DNA of 64,000 nucleotides from an uncultured Candidatus Rokubacteria bacterium (GCA_963771355.1 CAVYTA010000006.1:2560001-2624000); one strand, 5' to 3'; positions 48,355 through 57,988 are shown, numbered from the stretch's first letter. The notes: generated from the sequence alone by a model not told the origin. Program-made: numbers and translations.

Positions 48355-49125
48355 TCAGATCATCCACCGCCCGCCGTCGATCAGGATCGACTGCCCGGTG
48401 ATGTAGCGGGCGTCGTCGCTGGCCAGGAACGCGACCACGCCGGCCACGTCCTCGGGCTCGGCCACGTAGCCCATGGGCACGCTGGTCCGCACCTTGTCGA
48501 TCACTTCCTTCGGCAGGCGGTCGTGGGCCCGGGTGCGAATGGCGCCGGGACACACCGCGTTGACGTTGACGTGAAAGGGCGCCAGCTCGCGGGCGAGCGA
48601 GCGGGTGAAGCCGACCACGCCCATCTTGGCCGCCGCATAGTCGACGAACCCCACGTCGCCGTAGAAGGCGGACTCCGTCGACATGTTGACGATGCGCCCA
48701 CTGCGGCGCGCGCGCATCTCCTCGACCACGAGCCGCGTGGCCCGCATGGTGGTGAGGAGGGACACCTCGATGACGAAGCGCCACGTCTCCTCCGTCGAGA
48801 GGTGGAACTCGCTGGCACGCTCGCGGGCGCTCTGGCCGACGTTGTTGAAGAGGATGTCGATGCGCCCGAACCGCTGCCGGACGGCCGTCACCGCCGCCTG
48901 CACGGCGTCGGGATCGGTCCAGTCCGCCACGATCGGCAGCGCCGGCCGGCCCGCCGCCTCGACGGCGCGCGCCGCCTCCTGCAAGGGGTCGCCCTCGCGG
49001 TCGACCAGGACGAGGTCGGCGCCCTCGCGGGCCAGGCGCAGCGCGCTGGCGCGGCCGATGCCGTTGGCGGCGCCGGTGACCACCGCGATCCGGCCGGAGA
49101 GCCGGCCCTCGACGAGCGTTGCCAT
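48355..49125 (-). CDS. SDR family oxidoreductase
   Basis: TGAANGIG, FNNVG, YAAAK, NAVCPG; GGAGG RBS. Confidence 0.92.
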   Translation of the reverse strand: MATLVEGRLSGRIAVVTGAANGIGRASALRLAREGADLVLVDREGDPLQEAARAVEAAGRPALPIVADWTDPDAVQAAVTAVRQRFGRIDILFNNVGQSARERASEFHLSTEETWRFVIEVSLLTTMRATRLVVEEMRARRSGRIVNMSTESAFYGDVGFVDYAAAKMGVVGFTRSLARELAPFHVNVNAVCPGAIRTRAHDRLPKEVIDKVRTSVPMGYVAEPEDVAGVVAFLASDDARYITGQSILIDGGRWMI

Positions 49126-49139
49126 GGCATGTCCTCCCG

Positions 49140-49931
49140 TCAGACGAATCGGTGGAAGCCGATCCAGCGCTCGGCGGCGGCGAGGCCGAGGCCGGTGAGC
49201 ACGATCAGCATGGTCGAGATGGCGGCGATGGAGGGATCCACCCCGTACTCGATCGCGGTGAAGATCTTCACGGGGAGCGTCATCTGGCCCGCCCCCAGGA
49301 CGAAGATCGACACCGGGACGTTGTCGAACGACACGATGAACGAGAAGAGCGCCCCGGCCGCGATTCCCGGGCGGATGAGGGGCAGGGTGACGGTGAAGAA
49401 CGCCACCGGCCCGCTCGCGCCCAGGACGCGGGCGGCGCTCTCCAGCTCCGGATCGATGCCCTGCAGGCTCGCCATCACCGCCCGCACGACATAGGGCACG
49501 GTGATCACCATGTGGGCGAGGGCCAGACCCGCCAGCGTCCCGTTCATGTGGACCAGCGCGTAGAACTGCAGGAGCGCGACGCCCACCACCACGCCCGGAA
49601 AGATGAGGGGCGCGTTCAGCAGGGCGGAGACCATGGCGCCGCCGGGCACACGCCGCCGGATCAGCGCGTAGGACGCCGCCACGCCGGCCCCGAGCGAGCC
49701 GACGGTCGCGATCGCGGCGAGGACCAGGCTGAAGCCGATGGCGTGAACATACTCGGGATCGCCCAGGACCGCGCCGAACCAGCGCAGCGTCAGGCCCTTC
49801 GGGGGCACGGTGAGGTAGGACGTGCGGCTGAACGACGCCAGCGCGATCACCACGACGGGCAGCATCAGGAAGGCGAAGACCAGGGCCACCCATCCCCGCA
49901 AGAGCCATCCGCGGAGCCGCGCCGCCGTCAC
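49140..49931 (-). CDS. ABC permease (PotC-like)
   Basis: TLRWF, LESAARVLGA, VTLPLIRPG, SFDN, TLPV. Confidence 0.9.
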   Translation of the reverse strand: MTAARLRGWLLRGWVALVFAFLMLPVVVIALASFSRTSYLTVPPKGLTLRWFGAVLGDPEYVHAIGFSLVLAAIATVGSLGAGVAASYALIRRRVPGGAMVSALLNAPLIFPGVVVGVALLQFYALVHMNGTLAGLALAHMVITVPYVVRAVMASLQGIDPELESAARVLGASGPVAFFTVTLPLIRPGIAAGALFSFIVSFDNVPVSIFVLGAGQMTLPVKIFTAIEYGVDPSIAAISTMLIVLTGLGLAAAERWIGFHRFV

Positions 49932-50773
49932 GCGCGCGCCCCCGTCCGGCGGGCGAGGACACCGGAGCAAAAGACCAGGGCCAGCACCATCACCGTGAGC
50001 AGCAGCGCCTCCGCGGAGCCGGCCGGCCAGTTGAGCCGCTGGAGGAACTCGTCGTAGATGAGCGTCGACATCACCTGGTAGGTGGGACCGCCGAGGAGGC
50101 GCGGCGTCACCAGGGCGCTGATGGTGAGGACGAACACGAGAATCGAGCCCGAGAGGATGCCCGGCGCCGACAGCGGCAGGGTCACGCGCAGGAACGTGCT
50201 CCCCCAGGAGGCACCCAGCACGCGGGCGGCGTCCTCGACGTCGCGCGGGATGTTCTGGATGGGGCCGAGGAGGACGAGCACCATGAAGGGCAGGAAGATG
50301 TGGGTCAACGCGATGAGGAGGCCGGCAAAGTTGAACAGGAGCTTCACCGGCTCCTGGATCACCCCCAGCGCCTGGAGCGCCTGGTTCACCAGCCCGTTCT
50401 GGGCGAGCAAGGCGATCCAGCCAAAGGTGCGCACGACCAGGTTCAGGAGGAGGGGAAAGACGACGAGGATGGTCAGCCAGTTCCGCCACCGCGAGCGGGT
50501 GCGCGCCAGGAAGAAGGCCATCGGATAGCCGATCACCAGCGTGGAGAGCGTGACCATGAGCCCCAGGGCGAGGGTGCGGCCGATGATCTCGAGGTAGTAC
50601 GAGTCGGTCACGAGCCGGGTGTAGTAGCCGACGGTGAACCCGGAGGTGATGCCGACCAGCGGCACGTAGGGGCGGAAGCTGGTCGGCACCAGCATGCCCA
50701 CCGGCAGCAGGAAGGCCACCAGCAGGAGCAGGATCGCGGGCAGCAGCAGCCCCCAGCCGCGGGCGGCCGTCAC
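49928..50773 (-). CDS. ABC permease (PotB-like)
   Basis: IGYPMA, VRTFGW, EDAARVLGA, TPRLLGG, NWP. Confidence 0.9.
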   Translation of the reverse strand: MTAARGWGLLLPAILLLLVAFLLPVGMLVPTSFRPYVPLVGITSGFTVGYYTRLVTDSYYLEIIGRTLALGLMVTLSTLVIGYPMAFFLARTRSRWRNWLTILVVFPLLLNLVVRTFGWIALLAQNGLVNQALQALGVIQEPVKLLFNFAGLLIALTHIFLPFMVLVLLGPIQNIPRDVEDAARVLGASWGSTFLRVTLPLSAPGILSGSILVFVLTISALVTPRLLGGPTYQVMSTLIYDEFLQRLNWPAGSAEALLLTVMVLALVFCSGVLARRTGARA

Positions 50774-51882
50774 CGGGTGTCTCCCACTCCGGTCTCGCCG
50801 CCGGCCAGGAGCACGACGTCTTCCGGACCCCACGCGATGGTCGCCCGCGCCCCGCGCGCGAGCGGCAGCGCGGCGCCGGGCGCCGTCACTTCGAGCTCGC
50901 GCCCGTCCGCGAGCTGCACGACATAGTGATGCGCCTGCCCTGCGAAGGCATGGAAGACCACCGTCGCCGCGAAGCGGTTGGCGCCGCCGGCGCCGGCGCC
51001 GGAGGGCTCGAGGCGGATATTTTCCTGGCGGATCGCCACCTGCACCCGCTGCCCGGCGGTCAGGCCCGGGCGGGGACCGGCCACCACCGAAAGCCCGCCC
51101 TCGACCGTGACGACGATGCCGTCCGCCCCGGTCTCCGCGACGGTGCCGGTGAGAAAGTTCGCCCGGCCCAGGAAGCGCGCGACGAAGGGGGTGGCCGGGC
51201 GGCGATAGACCTCCTCCGGCCGCCCGATCTGCTCCACGCGCCCGGCCTGCATCACCACCACCCGGTCGGACAGGATCAGCGCCTCCGCCTGATCGTGGGT
51301 GACGAAGATCATCGTCGTCCCCAGGCGCTCCTGCAGCCGCTTCAGCTCGACGCGCATCTCGTCGCGCAGCAGCGCATCGAGGTTCGATAGCGGCTCGTCG
51401 AGCAGGAGCACGCCGGGCTCGGTGACCAGCGCGCGGGCGAGGGCCACGCGCTGCTGCTGACCGCCGGACAGCTCCCGCGGGTATCGCGCGCCGAGCGGAC
51501 CGAGCCGGACCAGCTCCAGCATGCGCTCGACGCGCGGACGCAGCTCGGCCTCCCCCACCGCGCGGCGCCGGAGGCCGAAGGCAACGTTCTCGAGCACCGT
51601 CATGTGCGGGAAGAGGGCATAGGACTGGAAGACCAGGCCGAGGTTCCGGCGGTGCACGGCCACCCGCGTGATGTCCTCCCCCGCCAGCACGACCTGGCCC
51701 CCGTCGGGCTCCACGAGCCCCGCCACCATGCGGAGCACCGTGCTCTTGCCGCAGCCCGAGGGCCCCAGGAGGGAGAGGAACTCGCCGGGCGCGGCGTCGA
51801 GGGACACCTCGTCGACGGCGAGGACCGCGCCGAATGACTTGCGGAGCCGGCGTATGCTCAGCGCCGGCGCGGCGACGCTCAC
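50770..51882 (-). CDS. ABC ATP-binding protein (PotA-like, TOBE domain)
   Basis: GPSGCGKS, LSGGQQQR, LLLDEP, VTHDQ; start approximate. Confidence 0.92.
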   Translation of the reverse strand: MSVAAPALSIRRLRKSFGAVLAVDEVSLDAAPGEFLSLLGPSGCGKSTVLRMVAGLVEPDGGQVVLAGEDITRVAVHRRNLGLVFQSYALFPHMTVLENVAFGLRRRAVGEAELRPRVERMLELVRLGPLGARYPRELSGGQQQRVALARALVTEPGVLLLDEPLSNLDALLRDEMRVELKRLQERLGTTMIFVTHDQAEALILSDRVVVMQAGRVEQIGRPEEVYRRPATPFVARFLGRANFLTGTVAETGADGIVVTVEGGLSVVAGPRPGLTAGQRVQVAIRQENIRLEPSGAGAGGANRFAATVVFHAFAGQAHHYVVQLADGRELEVTAPGAALPLARGARATIAWGPEDVVLLAGGETGVGDTR

Positions 51883-51913
51883 CGCCGGCGACGCGCCCCC
51901 GGCGAGGCGGGGG

Positions 51914-52936
51914 TCAACGCGCGATCTCGCGCCCCCAGCGCTCCGACCACTCCGGGAACTTCCGTGCCACGAAGTCGGTGTCGGGGAAGTACATGCGCTG
52001 GACGATCTCGCCAAAGGGCACGAGCTTTCCCAGCTCGGCCGGGAGCTGGACCTTCTTGTTGGTGGGGCCGGCGAACTGCGACTGCGCGAAGCAGAGCTGG
52101 CCCTCCGGCGAGAGGAGGGCGGCGATGTACTTCTGGGCCAGCTCGCGCTTCTGACTGGCCTTGGGAACGGAGACGGTGGGCACGATCCCGATCGCGCCCT
52201 CCTTCGGGTAGGCCGCGGCCACCGGCACTCCCTTCGCCGCGGCGGCGCCGGTGCGGTCCGTGTACCACACCGCCAGCGCGATGTCGCCCCGCTCGAACAG
52301 CGGGATGATCTGGTCGGGCTGCGTGTACATCATCTGAACGTTCGGCTTGAGCTTCTTGATCGCCTCGAAGCCGGGATCGATGTTCTCGATGGAGCCCCCG
52401 TGGAGGCGCGCCGCCGCCATCAGGAACTGCTGGCCCGAGGTGCCGGAGATGTCGGGGATGGCCAGCTTGCCCTTCCATTCCGGCTTCCAGAGGTCGGCCC
52501 ACGAGGTCGGCGGCGTCTTCACCAGGTTCGTGTTGTAGGTGATGACGGTCCCGGCGAACATCATCGACACCCAGTAGCCGTCCTTGTCCCGCGAGGCGTC
52601 GTACAGGTCACCCCAGTGGCCGATCTTCGCGGGCTCGAGCGGCTGGAGCAGGCCCTCCGCCTTCGCCTGCTTGACGATCTGGCTGTCCATGTAGGCGACG
52701 TCGAACTCCGCGCGCGCGCCCGCCGCGCGCAGCTTCGCCATCGTCTGGACGGAGCTGCCGAGCACGTACTTCACGCTGGCCCCGGTGGCCTTCTCGAAGG
52801 CGGCGGCGTGGCATTTCTTGGAGTTGTCGACGAAGGTGCCGCCGAAGGTCGCCACCACCAGCTCTTCGGCGGACGCCGGCAGTACGAAGCCGGCGGCGAT
52901 CAGGCACATCAACACGGTCGTTCGAAGCACGGTCAT
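51914..52936 (-). CDS. ABC substrate-binding protein (PotD/PotF-like)
   Basis: Sec signal, LVVATFGG, ITYNT, PTSWADLW, YPKEG. Confidence 0.88.
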   Translation of the reverse strand: MTVLRTTVLMCLIAAGFVLPASAEELVVATFGGTFVDNSKKCHAAAFEKATGASVKYVLGSSVQTMAKLRAAGARAEFDVAYMDSQIVKQAKAEGLLQPLEPAKIGHWGDLYDASRDKDGYWVSMMFAGTVITYNTNLVKTPPTSWADLWKPEWKGKLAIPDISGTSGQQFLMAAARLHGGSIENIDPGFEAIKKLKPNVQMMYTQPDQIIPLFERGDIALAVWYTDRTGAAAAKGVPVAAAYPKEGAIGIVPTVSVPKASQKRELAQKYIAALLSPEGQLCFAQSQFAGPTNKKVQLPAELGKLVPFGEIVQRMYFPDTDFVARKFPEWSERWGREIAR

Positions 52937-52971
52937 GGTCGGTGGTTCCTCCCGGAGCGCGTGGTGGCGCG

Positions 52972-53036
52972 ATTATTCGTCAGCCGCGCCGAGCAAGTCA
53001 ACCCACCTTGACGGCACCGCTCGCGCGGAGGACTAT
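52972..53036. promoter_or_regulatory. Back-to-back divergent promoters: minus TTGACT-N18-AATAAT, plus TTGACG-N17-GACTAT
   Basis: The two -35 boxes form GTCAA-N6-TTGAC (52997-53012) between divergent ABC operons. Confidence 0.55.
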
Positions 53037-53125
53037 GGCAAGACGTCGCTGGGGACGCGGAGGCGCGCCGCGGCGGCCGATCTCGACGCGGCAGTTCACC
53101 GGCACGAAAGGATCCGGAGGGCGGC

Positions 53126-54736
53126 ATGACGGACCGCACCGAGCACCCGAGGCATTCCCAGCCCGATCCCACCCGGCGCGCATTCCTCGGAGCGGGCGCG
53201 CTCACGCTGCTGGGCCTCGCGGCACCGCCGCTCGTCGGCCTCGCCGCCGCCCAGGCCCCGAAGCGCGGGGGCACCCTGGTCGTCGCCGCCGACGTCAGTC
53301 CGCCCGGGCTCGACCCGCAGAAATCCGCGGCCGCCCACAGCTGGATGATCGCGGAGCACGTCTACTCGAACCTGTTGCGCCGCGACCCACGGATGAACAT
53401 CGTCGGCGACCTGGCCGAGTCCTGGCAGGTGGTCGACGGCACCACCTTCGTCTTCAAGCTGCGGAAGGGCGTGGTCTGGCACCACGGGCGCGAGCTCGTG
53501 GCCGAGGACGTGAAGTACTCGTTCGAGCGGATGCTCGACGAGAAGACCGCTTCGCCCTGGCGCTCCAACTGGATGATCATCGACCGCATCGAGACGCCGG
53601 ACCGGTCCACCGTGCGCTTCGTCATCAAGCGGCCGTTCGCCCCCTTCTTCTCGTACCTGGCCACGCCCCACTACTCCGCCATCGTCCCGCGCGACATCGT
53701 CGAGAAGCAGGGCGACCTCCAGAAGACCGCCTCCGGCACCGGGCCCTTCGTGCTCGAGCGGTTCGTTCCCGACAACACCGTCGTCCTCAAACGGAACCCG
53801 GCGTACTACGAGGGGGGCCTGCCCTATCTCGACGGCATCGAGTACCGGATCATCCCGGACGAGGCCGCCCGCCTGGCCGCGCTGCGCGCGGGGACCGTCG
53901 ACTATCTCTGGTCCGTCGACCCACTCATCGACCGGCAGCTCCAGGGCGCCCCCGGCGTCGTGCTCCGGGAGCCGGACGGCTATTGCGCCCAGCACGGCAT
54001 GGCCTTCAACCAGCTGAAGCCCCCCTTCGCCGACGTGCGCGTGCGGCGAGCGGTCAGCGCGGGGATCAGCCGGCGGGAGATCATCGCCAGCGTCCTGCGC
54101 GGCCGTGGCGCCATCACGACGAAGATCCCTCCGTGCGATGCGCCGTTCGGGTATAGCGGCGACGACAAGGGCCTCCCCTACTATGCCCACGACCCCGCCC
54201 TCGCGCGGCGCCTGCTCGGCGAGGCCGGTCTCGCCAATGGCCTCGACACCACCCTCGAGGTGTCCCCCCGCTTCCCCCAGACCATCCGGACGGCCGAGGT
54301 CATGAAGGAGCAGCTCTCCGCGGCCGGCATCCGCGTGACGCTCAAGCAGGTGGAGTGGGGGGCGGCGCTGAAGAACTTCGTCCGCACCGAGTACGAGGGG
54401 ATGAGCATGATTCCCCTGGTGTGGCAACCCGACCCCGATGCCCACGCCTACGACATCTTTCACAGCGGGTCGAACATCAATCTTGGCAAGTTCAAGGACG
54501 CGCAGGTGGACCAGCTCCTCGAGCAGGGCCGGACGACCCTGGACCGGGACAAGCGGATCGCGATCTACCGGGACCTCCAGCGCCACATGGCGGACCAGGC
54601 CTACCTGATCTTTCCCTACGCCTCGGGCGCGACGGAAGCGCTGCGCGACACGGTGAAGGGCTACCTCTCCATTCCCGGGACCCAGCCGGGAAGCCGGAGC
54701 CGGCACTTCTTCAAGCAGACGTGGCTCGATCGCTGA
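53126..54736 (+). CDS. Family 5 ABC substrate-binding protein, Tat signal
   Basis: TRRAFL; GDLAESW, FKLRKGVVWHHG, GTGPF, DVRVRRAV. Confidence 0.92.
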   Translation: MTDRTEHPRHSQPDPTRRAFLGAGALTLLGLAAPPLVGLAAAQAPKRGGTLVVAADVSPPGLDPQKSAAAHSWMIAEHVYSNLLRRDPRMNIVGDLAESWQVVDGTTFVFKLRKGVVWHHGRELVAEDVKYSFERMLDEKTASPWRSNWMIIDRIETPDRSTVRFVIKRPFAPFFSYLATPHYSAIVPRDIVEKQGDLQKTASGTGPFVLERFVPDNTVVLKRNPAYYEGGLPYLDGIEYRIIPDEAARLAALRAGTVDYLWSVDPLIDRQLQGAPGVVLREPDGYCAQHGMAFNQLKPPFADVRVRRAVSAGISRREIIASVLRGRGAITTKIPPCDAPFGYSGDDKGLPYYAHDPALARRLLGEAGLANGLDTTLEVSPRFPQTIRTAEVMKEQLSAAGIRVTLKQVEWGAALKNFVRTEYEGMSMIPLVWQPDPDAHAYDIFHSGSNINLGKFKDAQVDQLLEQGRTTLDRDKRIAIYRDLQRHMADQAYLIFPYASGATEALRDTVKGYLSIPGTQPGSRSRHFFKQTWLDR

Positions 54737-54763
54737 CGGGGGCGCCCTGCCGCCGGTGAGGGC

Positions 54764-55714
54764 ATGACCGGCTACATCGGCAAGCGGGTCCTGCTCCTGA
54801 TCCCGACGCTGCTCGGGGTGTCGGTGCTCACCTTCCTGCTCATCCACCTGATCCCCGGAGACCTCGTGACCATTCTCCTCGGGATCACCGCGAGCCAGAA
54901 CGAGCAGACGCGGCAGGCGCTGATCCACGCGCTCCACCTCGACCGGCCGCTCGCCGTGCAGTATCTCCTGTGGCTGGGCGAGGTGCTGCGGGGCGATCTC
55001 GGGCACTCCCTCGTCACGGGATTCTCCGTGCGCGACGAGCTGGTGCGGAGCTACCCGGTGACGCTCCAGCTCGCGCTGATGGCGATGTCCATCGCGCTGG
55101 CGGTCGGCATCCCCCTGGGTGTCCTCGCGGCCACCCAGGCCGGGCGGGCCCTCGACGCCTCCACGCGCGTCTTCTCCCTGCTCTTCATCTCGGCGCCCGC
55201 GTTCTTCATCGGGACGGTGGTGATCATCGCGGGGGCGCGCTACGCCCCGTGGCTGCCCACCCTCGGCCACGTGCCGTTCACGGAGAGCCCGGCCCGGAGC
55301 CTCCTGACCATGCTGCCGGCGGCGGCATCGCTGGGCCTGGCCATCTCGGCGATCATCGCGCGCTTCACGCGGAGCAGCATGCTCGAGGTGCTGGGGCAGG
55401 ATTTTGTCCGCACCGCCCGCGCCAAGGGCGTGGCCGACGGGGCCGTGGTCTACAAGCACGCGCTGCGGAACGCCCTCATCCCGGTGGTCGCCATGGCCGG
55501 CACCCAGTTCGTGTACCTCATCGGCGGCGCGGTGATCATCGAGGAGGTCTTCGCGCTGCCCGGCATGGGGCGTCTGGTCGTCAACGCCATCTACCAGCGG
55601 GACTACACGACGATCCAGGGCGCGGTGTTGCTGCTGACCTCGGCGGCGGTGCTCGTCAACCTCGCCCTCGATCTCCTCTACCACCTCATCGACCGCCGGA
55701 TCCTGTACGCGTGA
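54764..55714 (+). CDS. Peptide/nickel ABC permease (DppB-like)
   Basis: GDLGHS, FVRTARAKG, KHALRNA, RDY. Confidence 0.93.
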   Translation: MTGYIGKRVLLLIPTLLGVSVLTFLLIHLIPGDLVTILLGITASQNEQTRQALIHALHLDRPLAVQYLLWLGEVLRGDLGHSLVTGFSVRDELVRSYPVTLQLALMAMSIALAVGIPLGVLAATQAGRALDASTRVFSLLFISAPAFFIGTVVIIAGARYAPWLPTLGHVPFTESPARSLLTMLPAAASLGLAISAIIARFTRSSMLEVLGQDFVRTARAKGVADGAVVYKHALRNALIPVVAMAGTQFVYLIGGAVIIEEVFALPGMGRLVVNAIYQRDYTTIQGAVLLLTSAAVLVNLALDLLYHLIDRRILYA

Positions 55715-56583
55715 GCGGCGAGCCCGGCGGCATGAGGAGCGGGGGCCGGCCCCGCGCGCTGCGAAGCGGATCGTTTCTCGTCGGCGGTCTCATCGTCGCC
55801 GGCCTTCTAGTGGTGGCGGTGGCGGCGCCGTGGCTGGCGCCATACGCGCCCACCGCGATCTTCCCGGGCGCGGAGATCGCGCCGCCCGGCCCGCGCTTCC
55901 TGCTCGGGACGGACGAGGTGGGCCGCGACATCCTGAGCCGCGTCCTCTATGGCACCCGCGTGTCGATCGGGGTCGCGATCCCGTCGGTGGCGCTGGCGGT
56001 GCTGGCGGGGACCACGCTGGGCGTGGGCCTCGGCTACTGGGGAGGCGCGCCGGATCTGCTCGCCATGCGGCTCTTCGACGTGCTCTTCGCCTTCCCCCCG
56101 ATCCTGCTGGCCATCGCCCTGGTGGCGGCGCTCGGCCCGAGCACCGTCAACCTCGTCCTCACCATCGCGGTGCTCACGCTCCCGCAGTTCGCGGTGCTCG
56201 CGCGGAGCGCCACCCTCGCGCTGAAGCCGCAGGACTTCGTCCAGGCCGCCCGCGCGCTCGGAGCGTCCCACGGGCGCATCCTCGGTGCCCATGTCCTGCC
56301 CAATATCACGCCGACCCTCGCCGTCCAGACGAGCCTGAGCCTCTCGATCGTCATCCTGGTGGAGGCGGCGCTGAGCTTCCTCGGGCTCGGCACGCAGCCG
56401 CCGGCGCCGAGCTGGGGGAGCATGCTGAGCCGGGGCCGCCAGTACATGACCATCGCGCCGTGGCTGGTGCTGGCTCCGGGGCTGGCCATCATGCTCGCCG
56501 TGCTCGGCTTCAACCTGCTCGGTGACGGCCAGCGCGATCTCCTGGATCCGCGCCGGGCGGGAGCGGGCCGGAGGACCCCATGA
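55711..56583 (+). CDS. Peptide/nickel ABC permease (DppC-like)
   Basis: LGTDEVGRDILSR, FVQAARALGA, PSWG, NLLGDG; GTGA overlap. Confidence 0.92.
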   Translation: MSGEPGGMRSGGRPRALRSGSFLVGGLIVAGLLVVAVAAPWLAPYAPTAIFPGAEIAPPGPRFLLGTDEVGRDILSRVLYGTRVSIGVAIPSVALAVLAGTTLGVGLGYWGGAPDLLAMRLFDVLFAFPPILLAIALVAALGPSTVNLVLTIAVLTLPQFAVLARSATLALKPQDFVQAARALGASHGRILGAHVLPNITPTLAVQTSLSLSIVILVEAALSFLGLGTQPPAPSWGSMLSRGRQYMTIAPWLVLAPGLAIMLAVLGFNLLGDGQRDLLDPRRAGAGRRTP

Positions 56584-57413
56584 GCCCCGTCCGAATTGCG
56601 GCGATTCAGGCGCGTCCGGTGTCCGATCTCTTCGACGACATGTGGAACGGCGGCGACGTCGCCCGCGCGGTCGCCTTGCTCGAGACCGCGGCCGCGGCGG
56701 GCGCCGCCTGCGTCTGTTTCCCCGAGCTGTATCCTCGGGTCGGCGAGGAGGAGCTCCGCGCGGCGGCGCGGCGCCTGAGCGTCTTCGTGGTGGCCGGGCT
56801 GATCGAGGGCACGCGGGCGCGCTGGTACAACACGGCCACGGTGATCGGTCCCGACGGGCGCATCCTCGCCCGGCAGCCGAAGTGCTTCCCCACGCAGGGC
56901 GAGATCGACAACGGGGTGATGGCCGGCCACCGCTATCGGGTGATCGAGACCGACATCGGCCGGCTGGGCATCGTGATCTGCGCCGACTTCGCCTTCTTCT
57001 CCGAGGGGGCCGATGCCCTCGTCGAGCAGGGCGTGGACATCATCTTCAACCCGTCGTGGTGGTTCGCCCTCGGGGAGGCCTATCCCGCCACCGTCATCGG
57101 CCGCCACATGCAGTACGGCAAGCCGGTGATCGGCGTCGACATCGCGGCGTGCTCGCTCCGGCTCCAGGACGCGGACGGCCGGCTGGTGGAGCGGTTCCCC
57201 CGCGCCGGCGGCTACAGCACGGTGTGCGTGCCGCCCCCCATCGCCTCCCTGGCCGAGCTCGCCGAGTGGTTCCGGGCCAAGCCCGGCGGCACCAACTCGG
57301 CGCAGGGCTTCATCCAGAGCCTGGGGGAGGACGAGGGCATCCTCTACGCCGACGTGGACATCGCGGCCGTCCGGCGATTCCCCGGGTATTTCTACCGGAG
57401 CACGAATCCGTGA
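56580..57413 (+). CDS. Carbon-nitrogen hydrolase (nitrilase superfamily)
   Basis: Triad FPE / QPK / ICAD; YNTA; EGILYADVD; ATGA overlap. Confidence 0.88.
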   Translation: MSPVRIAAIQARPVSDLFDDMWNGGDVARAVALLETAAAAGAACVCFPELYPRVGEEELRAAARRLSVFVVAGLIEGTRARWYNTATVIGPDGRILARQPKCFPTQGEIDNGVMAGHRYRVIETDIGRLGIVICADFAFFSEGADALVEQGVDIIFNPSWWFALGEAYPATVIGRHMQYGKPVIGVDIAACSLRLQDADGRLVERFPRAGGYSTVCVPPPIASLAELAEWFRAKPGGTNSAQGFIQSLGEDEGILYADVDIAAVRRFPGYFYRSTNP

Positions 57414-57454
57414 GCTAGGAGAACCGAACCGCCGACGCCAGGATCTTCAGCCCG

Positions 57455-57904
57455 TCACGCCGGTAAGAACAGGCGAACGGAGTGGTTGTCCACGACGTCT
57501 CCTTTCGGCCCGACCGTGAAGTTGGAGGTGATGAGTCCCGTGGCACCGGCGAACTGGCCGGTCCCCTCGGTCACCTCCCAGATGACGGCGCCGCGTTGAA
57601 GACCGTCGATGCCGCTCGGCCCGAGGGTTCCCTGGCCAACCGTTTCGAACGTCAACCGTCCGGCCTTGCTGTAGCTGATGCGTCCGGCCTCCACGAACGT
57701 TCCGGCGCCGGTGACTTGCACCTCCGACTCGAACGTGGCCCGCGGACCCGGCCGGGACTCGATCTTGCCGACCACCCCTTTGGGGGTCAGCGCGGTCCGC
57801 GACACCTGGCCGCTTGCCGTCGTCTTGGCGGCCATCTTTCCCTCGGCGCCGGCCACTGGACGTGCCTTGCCCTTGAACTGCAACGCGAAGACGAGCTCTT
57901 TCAT
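57455..57904 (-). CDS. Uncharacterised 149-aa beta-rich protein, dirigent/AOC-barrel-like; paralogue of 33894-34343
   Basis: MKELVFALQF...WEVTEGTGQFAGATGLITSNF; AGGAGG RBS. Confidence 0.8.
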   Translation of the reverse strand: MKELVFALQFKGKARPVAGAEGKMAAKTTASGQVSRTALTPKGVVGKIESRPGPRATFESEVQVTGAGTFVEAGRISYSKAGRLTFETVGQGTLGPSGIDGLQRGAVIWEVTEGTGQFAGATGLITSNFTVGPKGDVVDNHSVRLFLPA

Positions 57905-57959
57905 CGTCGGTCCTCCTCCTTGCGCTGGTCGCCCAGCCATCGGTCGGATCGGTGCCGAG

Positions 57960-57988
57960 AGCTTAGTCGGCGGCATCCGAAGGGTCAA
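57960..57988 (-). promoter_or_regulatory. Promoter TTGACC-N17-TAAGCT
   Basis: Near-consensus hexamers upstream of the gene starting at 57904. Confidence 0.6.

Noticed and set aside
8150..49962. Apparent large fusion proteins (8150..10144, 20062..21804, 37926..40124, 48355..49962; likewise 1570..3393)
   Set aside because: The N-terminal extensions overlap other real genes; internal starts with an RBS, -10 box or stop-start coupling explain them.
30183..55684. Very long antisense or alternate-frame ORFs (e.g. 30183..33068, 53096..55684, also 3257..5785 and 10986..13259)
   Set aside because: Shadows of real genes in high-GC DNA with few stop codons; they have no family motifs and lie opposite well-supported CDS.
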